In this document: in pieces, positions 1 to 8,674 of the stretch
Position numbering within the stretch: position 1 is the first letter of the stretch
How the letters are laid out: each line of letters begins with the position of its first letter
DNA from: Gammaproteobacteria bacterium UBA3498
GTDB lineage: Bacteria; Pseudomonadota; Gammaproteobacteria; Pseudomonadales; Pseudohongiellaceae
Length of the DNA stretch: 54,847 nucleotides
Assembly (NCBI GenBank): GCA_002377605.1
Contig: DFQD01000096.1
Span: forward strand, 1 to 54,847
Reading direction: 5' to 3'
Made by a program: the position numbers and the translations under genes
The notes under the pieces: generated by a model
The model's database searches: none
What the model saw: only the letters and a program-made list of their open reading frames with translations
Told to the model about the DNA's origin: nothing

Positions 1-703
1 CCCCTAAATAATTACTGAAAGATGCAACCAAAAGCGATAAGCCAAGCATAAGAAATAATGAAGGCATTTCAACTTGCTTTGCCTTATCAATTCCTTGCAG
101 CGACTTCATCACTTCATCCAATCCTTGATCGTCAGTCCGAAGAAAACGATCTAGTTGAGGCTTAAAAGGCTTAAGTGCAAGGATCACTACCAGCCAAATA
201 GAGTAGCAAACTGCCCCCATAAGCAAGGTATATGTCATTGCTTCGTCACTAACAGATAATGCTTCCTTAACAGCTACGAAGTTCTGTGTTCCGCCGGTCC
301 AACCAGCAGACATAGTTGCAAATGTGAGAGGAGTTTCATTACCAAGAAATTCCTGCATCAACTGTTGTGTGAATATAAACCCCAACATGATTGAAAAAGT
401 TGATGCTAAAAAAAGAGCAATCAAGCGAATTCCAAGCTTGCGAATGATCACAAGATTAAATTTTAAAGACATGAGAAAAAGCATGGCAGGAATCAAATTA
501 TCTCTTAGTGATTCTCTTGCCTCTCGCACTTGATCTGTTAATTGCCAGAGACCAACAGTATAAAGCACCATAGAGGCAAACATGACTAAGACAATCGATG
601 GGAGCCAACGGAAAAAAGCCAAACGATATCTCGTCTCTAGCCAGACAAGAATTCCGCAAAGCCCAAAAATGACCGCTACAAACTCAAACCCCTGTGTGAT
701 CAT
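1..703 (-). CDS. Polytopic membrane protein, DUF819-like; C-terminal part lies outside the window
   Basis: Absent from the ORF track because it runs off the window edge. The minus-strand frame from ATG at 703 is open to position 2 (checked codon by codon), with an in-frame stop just upstream at 731-733. Translation is MITQGFEFVAVIFGLCGILVWLETRYRLAFFRWLPSIVLVMFASMVLYTVGLW...TFATMSAGWTGGTQNFVAVKEAL..., with several hydrophobic helices. The GWxGGxxNxxAV stretch resembles DUF819 proteins; that family name is from memory and unverified. Confidence 0.55.
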   Translation of the reverse strand, partial: MITQGFEFVAVIFGLCGILVWLETRYRLAFFRWLPSIVLVMFASMVLYTVGLWQLTDQVREARESLRDNLIPAMLFLMSLKFNLVIIRKLGIRLIALFLASTFSIMLGFIFTQQLMQEFLGNETPLTFATMSAGWTGGTQNFVAVKEALSVSDEAMTYTLLMGAVCYSIWLVVILALKPFKPQLDRFLRTDDQGLDEVMKSLQGIDKAKQVEMPSLFLMLGLSLLVASFSNYLG

Positions 704-798
704 AAATGGATATTTACTAAACTTAAGCGGTTAATAGAAAAATCCGCAGGGTTATTAAATTTTCCTGTTTTTACAAAAACAGTACTGCAGAAAATTCA

Positions 799-2208
799 TT
801 AATGAGCACTGCGCCAGTTGCCATGAAAACCAAACGGTACACGATGGTCAAGTATGGCTCGAGCAAGAGGGCCGGCGTCAATATTCTCAGCATCAAGAAT
901 AATCAGATGGCTTTTGTCAGTTTGTGAATTATAAACAGTAGCGAGCAAATACCCTTCTCCCTCAGGTGAATTAGCCTGCCTCGGCACGAAGACTGGCTCC
1001 GAAATCGCGGATCCATTGCCTTCACTAAAAGTTTTAACCTCTCCATTAGTTAAATCTATATGACCAATACCATTGTAGCGGTTTCCTTCCGCGCCGCCGC
1101 CAACCACACAGGCAAAATAACCATGACGATAGGAAAGTCCAGCATATCTTTCATCCAATCGGGGAAATTCTGTTCGCATATCATCGAGCTGCTCGACCTT
1201 GTAAGTATCGGTATTCGCCGAAAGGTCAAATATCCAGCGGGTTAGTTTCGCAGAGCTCTTCTCTGGATCTGGCTTGGATCCATCCGCATGCGGAAACAGC
1301 GGTGCTTCCTCATATTGGCATACCTCGCAGATTATTTTCTCTCCATCGTTATGAGCATTCATGGGATGAAAAACATAAGCCGGATCGCCCTCAAACCAGC
1401 GAATATCCTCCACCGTGCCATTTCGAGGCATTATGCCGATATGGCTACTTTTTTTAGCATCCCATGCATAAACCGGCCCGCCTTGCATTGCTCGCTCCAT
1501 AGAGCCAGTAAGCGGCATGATAGGAAAAATTATATAATCTCGAGTGGTGATAAAATCATGTACCATGGCCGCATAAGGTGCATCAAACCATTCACTCCGA
1601 ATCAAATTGCCATCTCGGTCCGCTACATGGAATGCCATTCGAGGTGAAATAATTCCATCTGCATTATAGGCAAAGAACAACATCTCCCCAGTTTCTGGAT
1701 CAATTTTCGGATGCGCCGACATAGCGCCTTTCAGTTTGTTATTGAAGGTCCAGCTTCCTATAGATTCCAGAGTAACAGGGTCCAATTCGAAGGGGGCATT
1801 GGATTCAACAAGCGCCAGTAGTTTATTTCCATGCCATATAACATTGGTATTAGCTATGCCGTTGGTTTCAACATCCGCCACTCGAGGGTCATTTTCCATC
1901 GGATTCAAAACACCAAAAAGTGATTCACCGGCCTGATTTTCTAAATTCCACTTAACAGTCCGAGCCCAACGATTGCTGTAGGCCACCTTACCCTGATCAA
2001 TTTGAAACGCATGGACCATTCCATCACCCCCGAACCAGTGATACTGACCACGAGGAGCAAACTGAGGATTAGGTCCATTTCTGTAGAGAGTACCATTCAA
2101 GTCTATTGGTAATTCGCCCTCAACAATCAAATCAGGAGCATTACATTCCATCTGTATAGGTGCATATCCACCGATTAGGTTGGGATGGTCTGGAAAAGGC
2201 TTAGCCAT
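799..2208 (-). CDS. Carotenoid oxygenase family (CCO/RPE65, lignostilbene-dioxygenase-like) non-heme iron dioxygenase
   Basis: 469-aa ORF with four spaced His contexts typical of the family (SAHPKIDP, MVHDFITT, VFHPMNAH, GFHGNW). No signal peptide. Confidence 0.85.
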   Translation of the reverse strand: MAKPFPDHPNLIGGYAPIQMECNAPDLIVEGELPIDLNGTLYRNGPNPQFAPRGQYHWFGGDGMVHAFQIDQGKVAYSNRWARTVKWNLENQAGESLFGVLNPMENDPRVADVETNGIANTNVIWHGNKLLALVESNAPFELDPVTLESIGSWTFNNKLKGAMSAHPKIDPETGEMLFFAYNADGIISPRMAFHVADRDGNLIRSEWFDAPYAAMVHDFITTRDYIIFPIMPLTGSMERAMQGGPVYAWDAKKSSHIGIMPRNGTVEDIRWFEGDPAYVFHPMNAHNDGEKIICEVCQYEEAPLFPHADGSKPDPEKSSAKLTRWIFDLSANTDTYKVEQLDDMRTEFPRLDERYAGLSYRHGYFACVVGGGAEGNRYNGIGHIDLTNGEVKTFSEGNGSAISEPVFVPRQANSPEGEGYLLATVYNSQTDKSHLIILDAENIDAGPLARAILDHRVPFGFHGNWRSAH

Positions 2209-2243
2209 TTACTTAATCCTAAAGAAGAGTTCATAAATAAAGA

Positions 2244-2283
2244 AGGCAGAGCCAAAACGCAAATCAGGGTTTTAGCTCTGCCT
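2244..2283 (-). terminator. Hairpin, possible intrinsic terminator or attenuator between 2305-2736 and 799-2208
   Basis: Perfect 9-bp stem AGGCAGAGC / GCTCTGCCT with a 22-nt loop. On the minus strand it is followed by the T-rich TTCTTTATTT. Confidence 0.45.
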
Positions 2284-2304
2284 ATTTTTAAGCAAGATGC
2301 CAGT

Positions 2305-2736
2305 CTATTGCTCTGTTGGGTCAGTCCCATCAATAGGTGCACCGGTTCCGGAAGAACCAGCGAAGAGTCTGCGACCATCGGGGAATGTCACTTCGCGGCC
2401 ATTCGCTTTATTGGTGCCATCAATAGCGCGATAACCCTGAACAACTAATTCGATACCTGGAAGCACAGAATCTTTTCTCCAACCTCGGCGTACCAAGGCA
2501 CCCGGAGGTCCAGCTTCAATCATCCAGACTTCTTCTATACCGTCTTCATTAGTAACACCTAGGTGTAACCAGGCATGGGGGTTAATCCACTCCATCTTCA
2601 CTACCTTGCCACGCAAATTGATCGGCTGGGTAGAATCAAATTCACCCGAAAAGGCATGGTGTGCCTGCAGTGATGTAAAGACAAAAAGAGACATGCCCAT
2701 AGCACCAATTGCACTGATTAGTAATCGCATTCGCAT
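2305..2736 (-). CDS. Small exported protein whose predicted mature N-terminus is His-His (DUF6152-like; family name from memory)
   Basis: 143 aa. Signal peptide MRMRLLISAIGAMGMSLFVFTSLQA, then HHAFSGEFD...INLRGKVVKMEWINPHAWLHL. GAGG RBS about 9 nt upstream of the ATG. Confidence 0.6.
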   Translation of the reverse strand: MRMRLLISAIGAMGMSLFVFTSLQAHHAFSGEFDSTQPINLRGKVVKMEWINPHAWLHLGVTNEDGIEEVWMIEAGPPGALVRRGWRKDSVLPGIELVVQGYRAIDGTNKANGREVTFPDGRRLFAGSSGTGAPIDGTDPTEQ

Positions 2737-2778
2737 TGGTTTTACCTCTATCGATTTAAATTTAAATTCGTTTGCTAA

Positions 2779-4530
2779 TTATTCCTGATAGTCGGTTTGT
2801 TCACCTTCACGCGCATCGAGTGTACGCGCAGCACTTAAAGTATTAGTCATACCATAATTGCCTTCGTGGCATGCATACTCAACAAGCTCATATTGACTAT
2901 CGTCTCTTATGAAATTGAACATACCACTCCAGGGTTCGGTCCACACAGCTGGATCTTCAACTGTAAATTCATAGCGCAAAGTATCAGGACCGGTGCGAGT
3001 AAAACGCTGAGTTAACCTCATATCGGCACTGGATCCGAGATAAGAAGTTCTACCATTAAGATTTCTCACTTCAATTACTAGCGTGTCACCTTCCCAACGA
3101 CCATGAGAATCTCCAAGCCAAGTTTTAAGTCCATCACCAAAACCTTCGCGAGGCTCAGTAGAAATGATTCGAGTTTCATGAATCATTTCTTTTTGAATCG
3201 CGATGTTGCCTGGACTCTGAATAATCTGTAGACCGTTGTTATAAATACTTGGCATCATCATGCCAACTGGCCCACGAGTTATGCAGCGCACATAAGTACC
3301 TAAGTCTTCAGGTGTTCTGGCACGCTGTGGTGGAATTCTTGGTGGCGCATTGGCAACTAATTGCTTATACGCCTCAGTCGTTTCAGGCAATTGTCCGTTT
3401 GGCGGATCAATAATCATTGCCGCCTGCGTGGAAGGCGCAGACCTTACATAACCCAGGGTAGTATCACGCCATTCCCGATCGTAACCCCAGATACTGTTTA
3501 GTGTTCCTCTTTCACGACGCGCGGCTGCTTCCTCCGGAGTTAATTCTCCAGCCTCACCAGCGCCGACACCCCGCTGCAAGGGAATACCATGTGCTGCATC
3601 GGCAGTCCAGATACCTTGGAAATCTGGCTCACCCCAAGGTGTTCTTGGCACAACGTAAAGTTCTTCAGAATCACTGTTGTCTGCGGTGAATGCTTCTTCC
3701 TCGATTCCTTCCCAACCCGGTTCTACAACAGCGATCATCACGCCATCAGGTCCAAGAATGAAAGCCTGCTTAGCGTCAGAGCGGCCACGCTCTGGAACCA
3801 TAGGGTCCTGTCGAAAATCAACATTGAGTTGGTTCATTTCTGCAGCAGTTGCATCCAAATCCGCCACCTGGAAACCAATATGATCGATAGTTCGACCCTG
3901 AGTAATACCTGGTCGACCGTCGTTAAATTGGGTTGCCAGTAGCCAGATATCGCCGAAGCGGACGCCGTCTAACATGCCTTTCAAGCTTTCACGTTCACCA
4001 CCTAGCACTTGGTTATACCAATCAAGTGCCGCCACTGCATCGACTGAATTCAAATGGATGTGATGAAACCCAATTACAGCATCATCCTGCACCAATTCGA
4101 TTTTAGTTCCCCATGGATCGGTGATGAAAGCGATCTTAAATAGCCCAGGTATATCGCGAACCAAAGCGCCGTCATCGAATCGAATCAAACGAACTCCAGA
4201 GCCACGTACACCTACTGACTCAAGTTCAGCCATTTTCGCGTCGAGATCAGGTACAGAAAAACCAATATGATCGACAGCAGAACCCTGACTCCCGCCAACT
4301 GTTCGACCTACGAAAAACTCGATATTGGTTTCACCACAAACAACTGCATCGTTTCTGCCAACTACTCTTTCACAATCCAAATACTCTTCATACCAACTCA
4401 CTGCCTCGTTGGTGCTGGAAAGTGCTATCTGAATGTGGTTTGGAGTAGCGGCATTAAGTGCGAATGGAAACGCTATTACTATAGCAACGATTAGCTTAAT
4501 GCTACTTAGGTTTATGGAACGACACTTCAT
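2779..4530 (-). CDS. Exported fusion protein: two VOC/glyoxalase-type modules plus a C-terminal domain of the uncharacterised PDLQGVW/ACHEGNY family (copy 1)
   Basis: Start placed at ATG 4530 (MKCRSINL...), with GGAGG 8 nt upstream; the track start at 4545 lies upstream of that RBS. Signal peptide ...AFPFALNA. Duplicated VOC signature DHIGFSVPDLDA / DHIGFQVADLDA. Then PDFQGIW, YVRCITRG, QIIQ, RWEGDTLVIEVRN, QRFTR, DPAVWTEPW, VEYACHEGNYGM. Confidence 0.8.
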   Translation of the reverse strand: MKCRSINLSSIKLIVAIVIAFPFALNAATPNHIQIALSSTNEAVSWYEEYLDCERVVGRNDAVVCGETNIEFFVGRTVGGSQGSAVDHIGFSVPDLDAKMAELESVGVRGSGVRLIRFDDGALVRDIPGLFKIAFITDPWGTKIELVQDDAVIGFHHIHLNSVDAVAALDWYNQVLGGERESLKGMLDGVRFGDIWLLATQFNDGRPGITQGRTIDHIGFQVADLDATAAEMNQLNVDFRQDPMVPERGRSDAKQAFILGPDGVMIAVVEPGWEGIEEEAFTADNSDSEELYVVPRTPWGEPDFQGIWTADAAHGIPLQRGVGAGEAGELTPEEAAARRERGTLNSIWGYDREWRDTTLGYVRSAPSTQAAMIIDPPNGQLPETTEAYKQLVANAPPRIPPQRARTPEDLGTYVRCITRGPVGMMMPSIYNNGLQIIQSPGNIAIQKEMIHETRIISTEPREGFGDGLKTWLGDSHGRWEGDTLVIEVRNLNGRTSYLGSSADMRLTQRFTRTGPDTLRYEFTVEDPAVWTEPWSGMFNFIRDDSQYELVEYACHEGNYGMTNTLSAARTLDAREGEQTDYQE

Positions 4531-4594
4531 GGTGCGAACCTCCAATTGGTTAGTCTTTATGCTTTTAAATTCCGTTAAGCTTGAACAATTGTTT

Positions 4595-5425
4595 TTAATC
4601 TTCCGATTCTTCTCTTTTCATTAAATGACCGTACAAAATCTCTTCAGAGAATTCGACGCATTTGTATTCTATTACTCGCGCATTTGGTTCAAGACGTCGA
4701 TATAAAGGCATACGAATTTGCCAAGGGCGAGTAAAAACTGTTGGGTCTTCGATTGTTGCCTCATATAACATAGCATCGGCACTGATTGGCGTGTAGCGTT
4801 CAGTCACAATCAGTGAACTGCTGGCAAAGTTTCCTGCTCGGTCAAACCAGGCTTCGCCATAAAATCCCCGAGCATCTACTACTAATGTATTGCCTTCCCA
4901 ATGACCATGGGAACGACCCATCCAGGTATCTAATGGAGCCGGTTCCGGATTTTCTACATTCATATGAATAGTGCGATTCGCTTCGGCAAACCCATAAACA
5001 ATCATCATCTTGTCGGTGCCTTGCAGAATTTGAAAGGGGTAGGGCAAGTACGTGGCTCGAGGTACTCCGGGTAAATAACACTTGGTTTCAGGATCACCAG
5101 TAGGCCTGCTATCCCAGTTGGCCTGCTTTTGTTCCAGGGCCCAATCCTGATAAGGAATCTCTCCTCCTACAACAACGCCCTGGCCAGGAGGCACTGCACC
5201 TATTGCGCCCATTTCTGGTAACCCTGCACTAGCTTCATGGTCCTGAAGATCCCAGTGGGCAGTGCCTATCGCCTGCCAAACACCGTTGATATCGGGGTTG
5301 CCATCCCAGGCTAGTTCAGGTTGGTAGTTACCGATCTCCTGCGCTATAGCTGAAATGCTCAAAAGGGAAGCAGCAAGAAACGCCTTGAAAGAAAGGAAAA
5401 CAGTGGGCTTAAGTCGAATTATCAT
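4595..5425 (-). CDS. Exported protein, short divergent member of the same uncharacterised family (copy 2)
   Basis: 276 aa. Signal peptide ...SISAIAQE. Motifs PDINGVW, ETKCYLPGVPR, FQILQ, HWEGNTLVVDARGF, ERYTP, DPTVFTRPW, and C-terminal IEYKCVEF in place of ACHEGNY. Confidence 0.75.
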   Translation of the reverse strand: MIIRLKPTVFLSFKAFLAASLLSISAIAQEIGNYQPELAWDGNPDINGVWQAIGTAHWDLQDHEASAGLPEMGAIGAVPPGQGVVVGGEIPYQDWALEQKQANWDSRPTGDPETKCYLPGVPRATYLPYPFQILQGTDKMMIVYGFAEANRTIHMNVENPEPAPLDTWMGRSHGHWEGNTLVVDARGFYGEAWFDRAGNFASSSLIVTERYTPISADAMLYEATIEDPTVFTRPWQIRMPLYRRLEPNARVIEYKCVEFSEEILYGHLMKREESED

Positions 5426-5707
5426 TAGCGAGCCCCATCTTTTTAATTGTTATATTTAAGGAATAGTTGCTTGGAATTCTCCCAGCTAGCCAGCGGAGGG
5501 TCAAGCGACGTAAGTGCCGGTTTTATCGGGCGTTTGCCCTAAATTCAAGCAGGGGAAGACAATAGAATGAAGACAAATCAAGATCAGCGTTGAGAGTTAG
5601 GGACGCACCTTGATGCGATCAGAAAGCTAGTTAGTGGTATTGCATGCAACGATTGGTAATATAAAAACTCCAGTTAAGGCCACATAAAAAGATAGGCCCT
5701 AAAGAGC

Positions 5708-5741
5708 AAAGGGCCAGAGTAAAAAATTACTCTGGCCCTTT
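5708..5741 (-). terminator. Rho-independent terminator downstream of the Ior-like operon (sequence is compatible with bidirectional use)
   Basis: AAAGGGCCAGAGTA-AAAAAT-TACTCTGGCCCTTT gives an 11-bp GC-rich core stem extendable to 14 bp with a 6-nt loop. It starts about 18 nt after the stop at 5756. A T-run follows on both strands. Confidence 0.8.
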
Positions 5742-5755
5742 TGTAGTTACGGTAT

Positions 5756-8020
5756 TTAAGCAACGTCGCCAGTTTCTTCAACCCGAAAATCCAGATCAAA
5801 GTTTTTTAGCGGCAGTTGGCGTACACGAATACCTGTTGCATCGAAAACAGCGTTGGCTAATGCTGGTCCGATACCAGGAGTACCTGGCTCACCAGCTCCG
5901 CCAATATCATTCCCACTGTTTATAACATGAGTTTCAATTTTAGGTGCCTGGTTCATTCTTACTGATGGGTAATCATGGAAGTTACTCTGCACAACTGCAC
6001 CATCCTCGATCGTTATCTCACCGAATAGTGCCGCAGTAAGCCCATAGATAATTCCGGACTCTAACTGAGCAGCTATACCATCAGGCGCAACTGCTAAACC
6101 AGGATCAATCACAGCGACAACGCGGTCTACTGCAACTTCTCCATTATTAATTGTTACTTCCACCACCTGCGCAACTAGAGAACCGAAAGATTCTTGCAGA
6201 GAAATTCCTCGTCCACGCCCTGCGGGCAGCATTCTATTCCATCCCGCTTCTTCAGCAGCTTTAGCTAACACTGCTAAGTGTCGAGGACTGTCTTTCAGGA
6301 GCTCCGCACGAAACTCGAATGGATCTTTTTCCGCCGCATGGGCTGCTTCATCGATAAACGATTCAGTAAAGAAACCATGTTGGGAATGATCCACACTGCG
6401 CCATGCGCCAAATGGAACATGAGTCGGGCTACTGACATAACCTATGTCCTGTGCCGGGACTGCATAAGGAATCAATGGTGCTTCGACTGGCTCATTCTTG
6501 TTGGTGTAAGTATTTTCCCAAGCGAGTATATTGTTATCCGCATCAAATGCTGCCCGGAATCGACTCTGCACCGCTGGGCGGTAAAAATCCTGCCGCACAT
6601 CTTCTTCTCGTGACCAAATCAATTGTACTGGTCGGCCAACTGCCTGTGAAATTTGCGCAGCTTGAATAGCATAGTCAGGACGAGCCTTGCGGCCAAATCC
6701 TCCTCCCATAGCATGGTTATGAAGAGTAACGGCCTCTTCTTCCAAGCCAAGAACGACAGCAACATCCCGACGAAATCCGAGAGGATTCTGACAACCTACC
6801 CAAACTTCAGCGTTACCGTCTCTAACATTTGCAGTGGCGTTTAATGGCTCCATACAGGTGTGCGCCAGATAAGGAACATGATAGTCAGCATCTATAATCT
6901 TGGCTGCTGTTGCGAATACCGAATCAGTTTCGCCTTCTACGCGATCCGTCTGACGTTCTATTCTTGAAGTAATATCGCGATCAAATTGTGCAAAGATGCT
7001 ATCACTGGAAACAGATTCAAATCCTGTTTTACTCCACTGCACATCAAGTTCCTTGATGGCTAAGTTAGCCGTCCAATAACTATCCGCCACAACAGCCACG
7101 GTTTCACCAGAATAGGTACCACCAAACGCATTTCCTATTGTAGATGCAGGAATCTTAATAACATCTACAACTCCGTCGATTGCAAGCGCCGCTGCTTTAT
7201 CAAAAAGTACTACACTGCCACCCGAAACGGGGGAGCGAATAACTGATGCATACAGCATGTCCGGTAGACGAACATCCAATGCAAACTTTAATGAACCATC
7301 AACCTTCGCCGGAATGTCGCGGCGTGGTTTATGAGTACCAACGATCTTGTAGTCTGAAGGATCTTTAAAAGTTGGTGTTTGCGAAGGAGTCATTTCTGCA
7401 ATGGTTGATGCAAATGTTGCATATGGCTCCCTTCTATTAGTTACTGCGTGAATTAGGTAACTATTTTCGGTCGTTACTTCACTAATTGGGACACCCCAAA
7501 AACTTGCTGCAGCTTCCTCCAACATTTCTCTTGTCGCCGCACCTGCAATGCGCATAGCTAGTGCTCCAGTTGTACGAACACTCATACTGCCGCCAGTAAT
7601 TTGCATGTTGAGTGAATCCGCAACCCGCATCATGGCGCCATCAACTGTAGGAATTAAGATTTCTGGAAAATCTATCCCGGCTAAAAGATAGCGACGACCT
7701 GCTGAATAGGTTGAGTACTCACCTAAAGCAGGCGCTTCTTCCGTAAGTAGGTTTTCCCAATCTGCATCTAGCTCTTCTGCGAGCATCTGACCTAATGCAG
7801 TTTGCACTCCCTGACCCATTTCAGAGTGAGGAATGATTGCGGTAATAGTATTGTCGGTGTCGATCTTGACGTAAGAGTGGACTAATTGGCCGCCTTCTTC
7901 TCCTACTTTGCCAGCCAGATCTTTAATCTGATTGCCGGGTCGCAAGGCAACACCCACAATAACTCCACCACCGGCAACTAAACCAGTTGTTATAAATGCG
8001 CGTCTGGTCCACTTACCCAT
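5756..8020 (-). CDS. Xanthine dehydrogenase/aldehyde oxidase family molybdopterin-binding subunit (isoquinoline 1-oxidoreductase beta-like), Tat-exported
   Basis: Start placed at ATG 8020 ([20 protein letters not shown] = twin-arginine signal), with GGAGGTGG just upstream. It overlaps the small-subunit stop by 8 nt (ATGGGTAA). Large Mo-binding subunit-like sequence throughout. Confidence 0.85.
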   Translation of the reverse strand: MGKWTRRAFITTGLVAGGGVIVGVALRPGNQIKDLAGKVGEEGGQLVHSYVKIDTDNTITAIIPHSEMGQGVQTALGQMLAEELDADWENLLTEEAPALGEYSTYSAGRRYLLAGIDFPEILIPTVDGAMMRVADSLNMQITGGSMSVRTTGALAMRIAGAATREMLEEAAASFWGVPISEVTTENSYLIHAVTNRREPYATFASTIAEMTPSQTPTFKDPSDYKIVGTHKPRRDIPAKVDGSLKFALDVRLPDMLYASVIRSPVSGGSVVLFDKAAALAIDGVVDVIKIPASTIGNAFGGTYSGETVAVVADSYWTANLAIKELDVQWSKTGFESVSSDSIFAQFDRDITSRIERQTDRVEGETDSVFATAAKIIDADYHVPYLAHTCMEPLNATANVRDGNAEVWVGCQNPLGFRRDVAVVLGLEEEAVTLHNHAMGGGFGRKARPDYAIQAAQISQAVGRPVQLIWSREEDVRQDFYRPAVQSRFRAAFDADNNILAWENTYTNKNEPVEAPLIPYAVPAQDIGYVSSPTHVPFGAWRSVDHSQHGFFTESFIDEAAHAAEKDPFEFRAELLKDSPRHLAVLAKAAEEAGWNRMLPAGRGRGISLQESFGSLVAQVVEVTINNGEVAVDRVVAVIDPGLAVAPDGIAAQLESGIIYGLTAALFGEITIEDGAVVQSNFHDYPSVRMNQAPKIETHVINSGNDIGGAGEPGTPGIGPALANAVFDATGIRVRQLPLKNFDLDFRVEETGDVA

Positions 8021-8537
8021 GATCCACCTCCGTCGCATCCTCTGCACTAGCTACATCGTAAAAAAGTTTTTCATCCGAAGAAGCAACGCCAACAGATTTA
8101 ATCGCATTACGAATTCGGCCGTACATACCGCAACGACAAATATTCCCCTGCATGGCGGCGTCGATATCAGCATCAGTCGGATTAGGATTATTGGCAATCA
8201 GTGCCGAGGCGGACATTATTTGTCCAGACTGACAGTAGCCACACTGTGGTACCTGATTATCAATCCATGCTCGCTGCACGGGATGTAATTCGCCATCAGC
8301 TGAAGCGATCCCCTCGATCGTCGTAACTTCTCTTCCTTCGACTGAAGAAATTGGTGTGACACAAGACCGCACTGGCTGGCCATCGATATGAACAGTACAA
8401 GCACCGCATTCGGCAATACCACACCCAAATTTTGTTCCGGTGAGTCCTAGCTGCTCACGAATCACCCACAACAACGGTTTAGATGGATCCACATCCACCG
8501 TTTGCTGTATGCGATTTACTCTAAAAGTCGTACTCAT
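8013..8537 (-). CDS. (2Fe-2S)-binding small subunit of the Mo-hydroxylase (IorA-like)
   Basis: Cys clusters [11 protein letters not shown] and [10 protein letters not shown]...CRCGMY. The track start at 8549 is TTG. ATG at 8537 (MSTTFRV) has GGAG 6 nt upstream. Confidence 0.9.
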   Translation of the reverse strand: MSTTFRVNRIQQTVDVDPSKPLLWVIREQLGLTGTKFGCGIAECGACTVHIDGQPVRSCVTPISSVEGREVTTIEGIASADGELHPVQRAWIDNQVPQCGYCQSGQIMSASALIANNPNPTDADIDAAMQGNICRCGMYGRIRNAIKSVGVASSDEKLFYDVASAEDATEVDHG

Positions 8538-8674
8538 CAAATTCTCCAACAGCCGAATTAAAAAAAGATTAAACTAGCCCAAACGCTAAGGCGCCGGGAT
8601 TATCAGGGATTTAGCTACTGAAAACAAATTAGAAATTCACTAATTGATTTCTTAACGGGCTTTTTTCTTATGAA

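Noticed and set aside
324-533. 69-aa plus-strand ORF from the track
   Set aside because: It lies antisense inside the long open minus-strand frame 1-703, which encodes a coherent membrane protein. It has no recognisable motif.
764-781. CTGTTTTTACAAAAACAG hairpin after the oxygenase stop
   Set aside because: The stem is entirely AU-rich with a minimal loop and no clear U-tract, so it is too weak to call a terminator.
1060-1936. Plus-strand ORFs 1060-1245, 1288-1647 and 1736-1936
   Set aside because: All lie antisense within the well-supported carotenoid-oxygenase gene. Their composition is Cys/Ser/Arg-rich and low in information, as is typical of shadow ORFs.
3501-4624. Plus-strand ORFs overlapping 2779-4530 (3501-3689, 3589-3942, 3677-3883, 4267-4494, 4433-4624)
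   Set aside because: They are shadow ORFs antisense to the VOC-fusion gene.
7932-8428. ORFs 7932-8288(+) and 8216-8428(-)
   Set aside because: They are embedded in or out of frame with the 2Fe-2S and Mo subunit genes, whose motifs are unambiguous.
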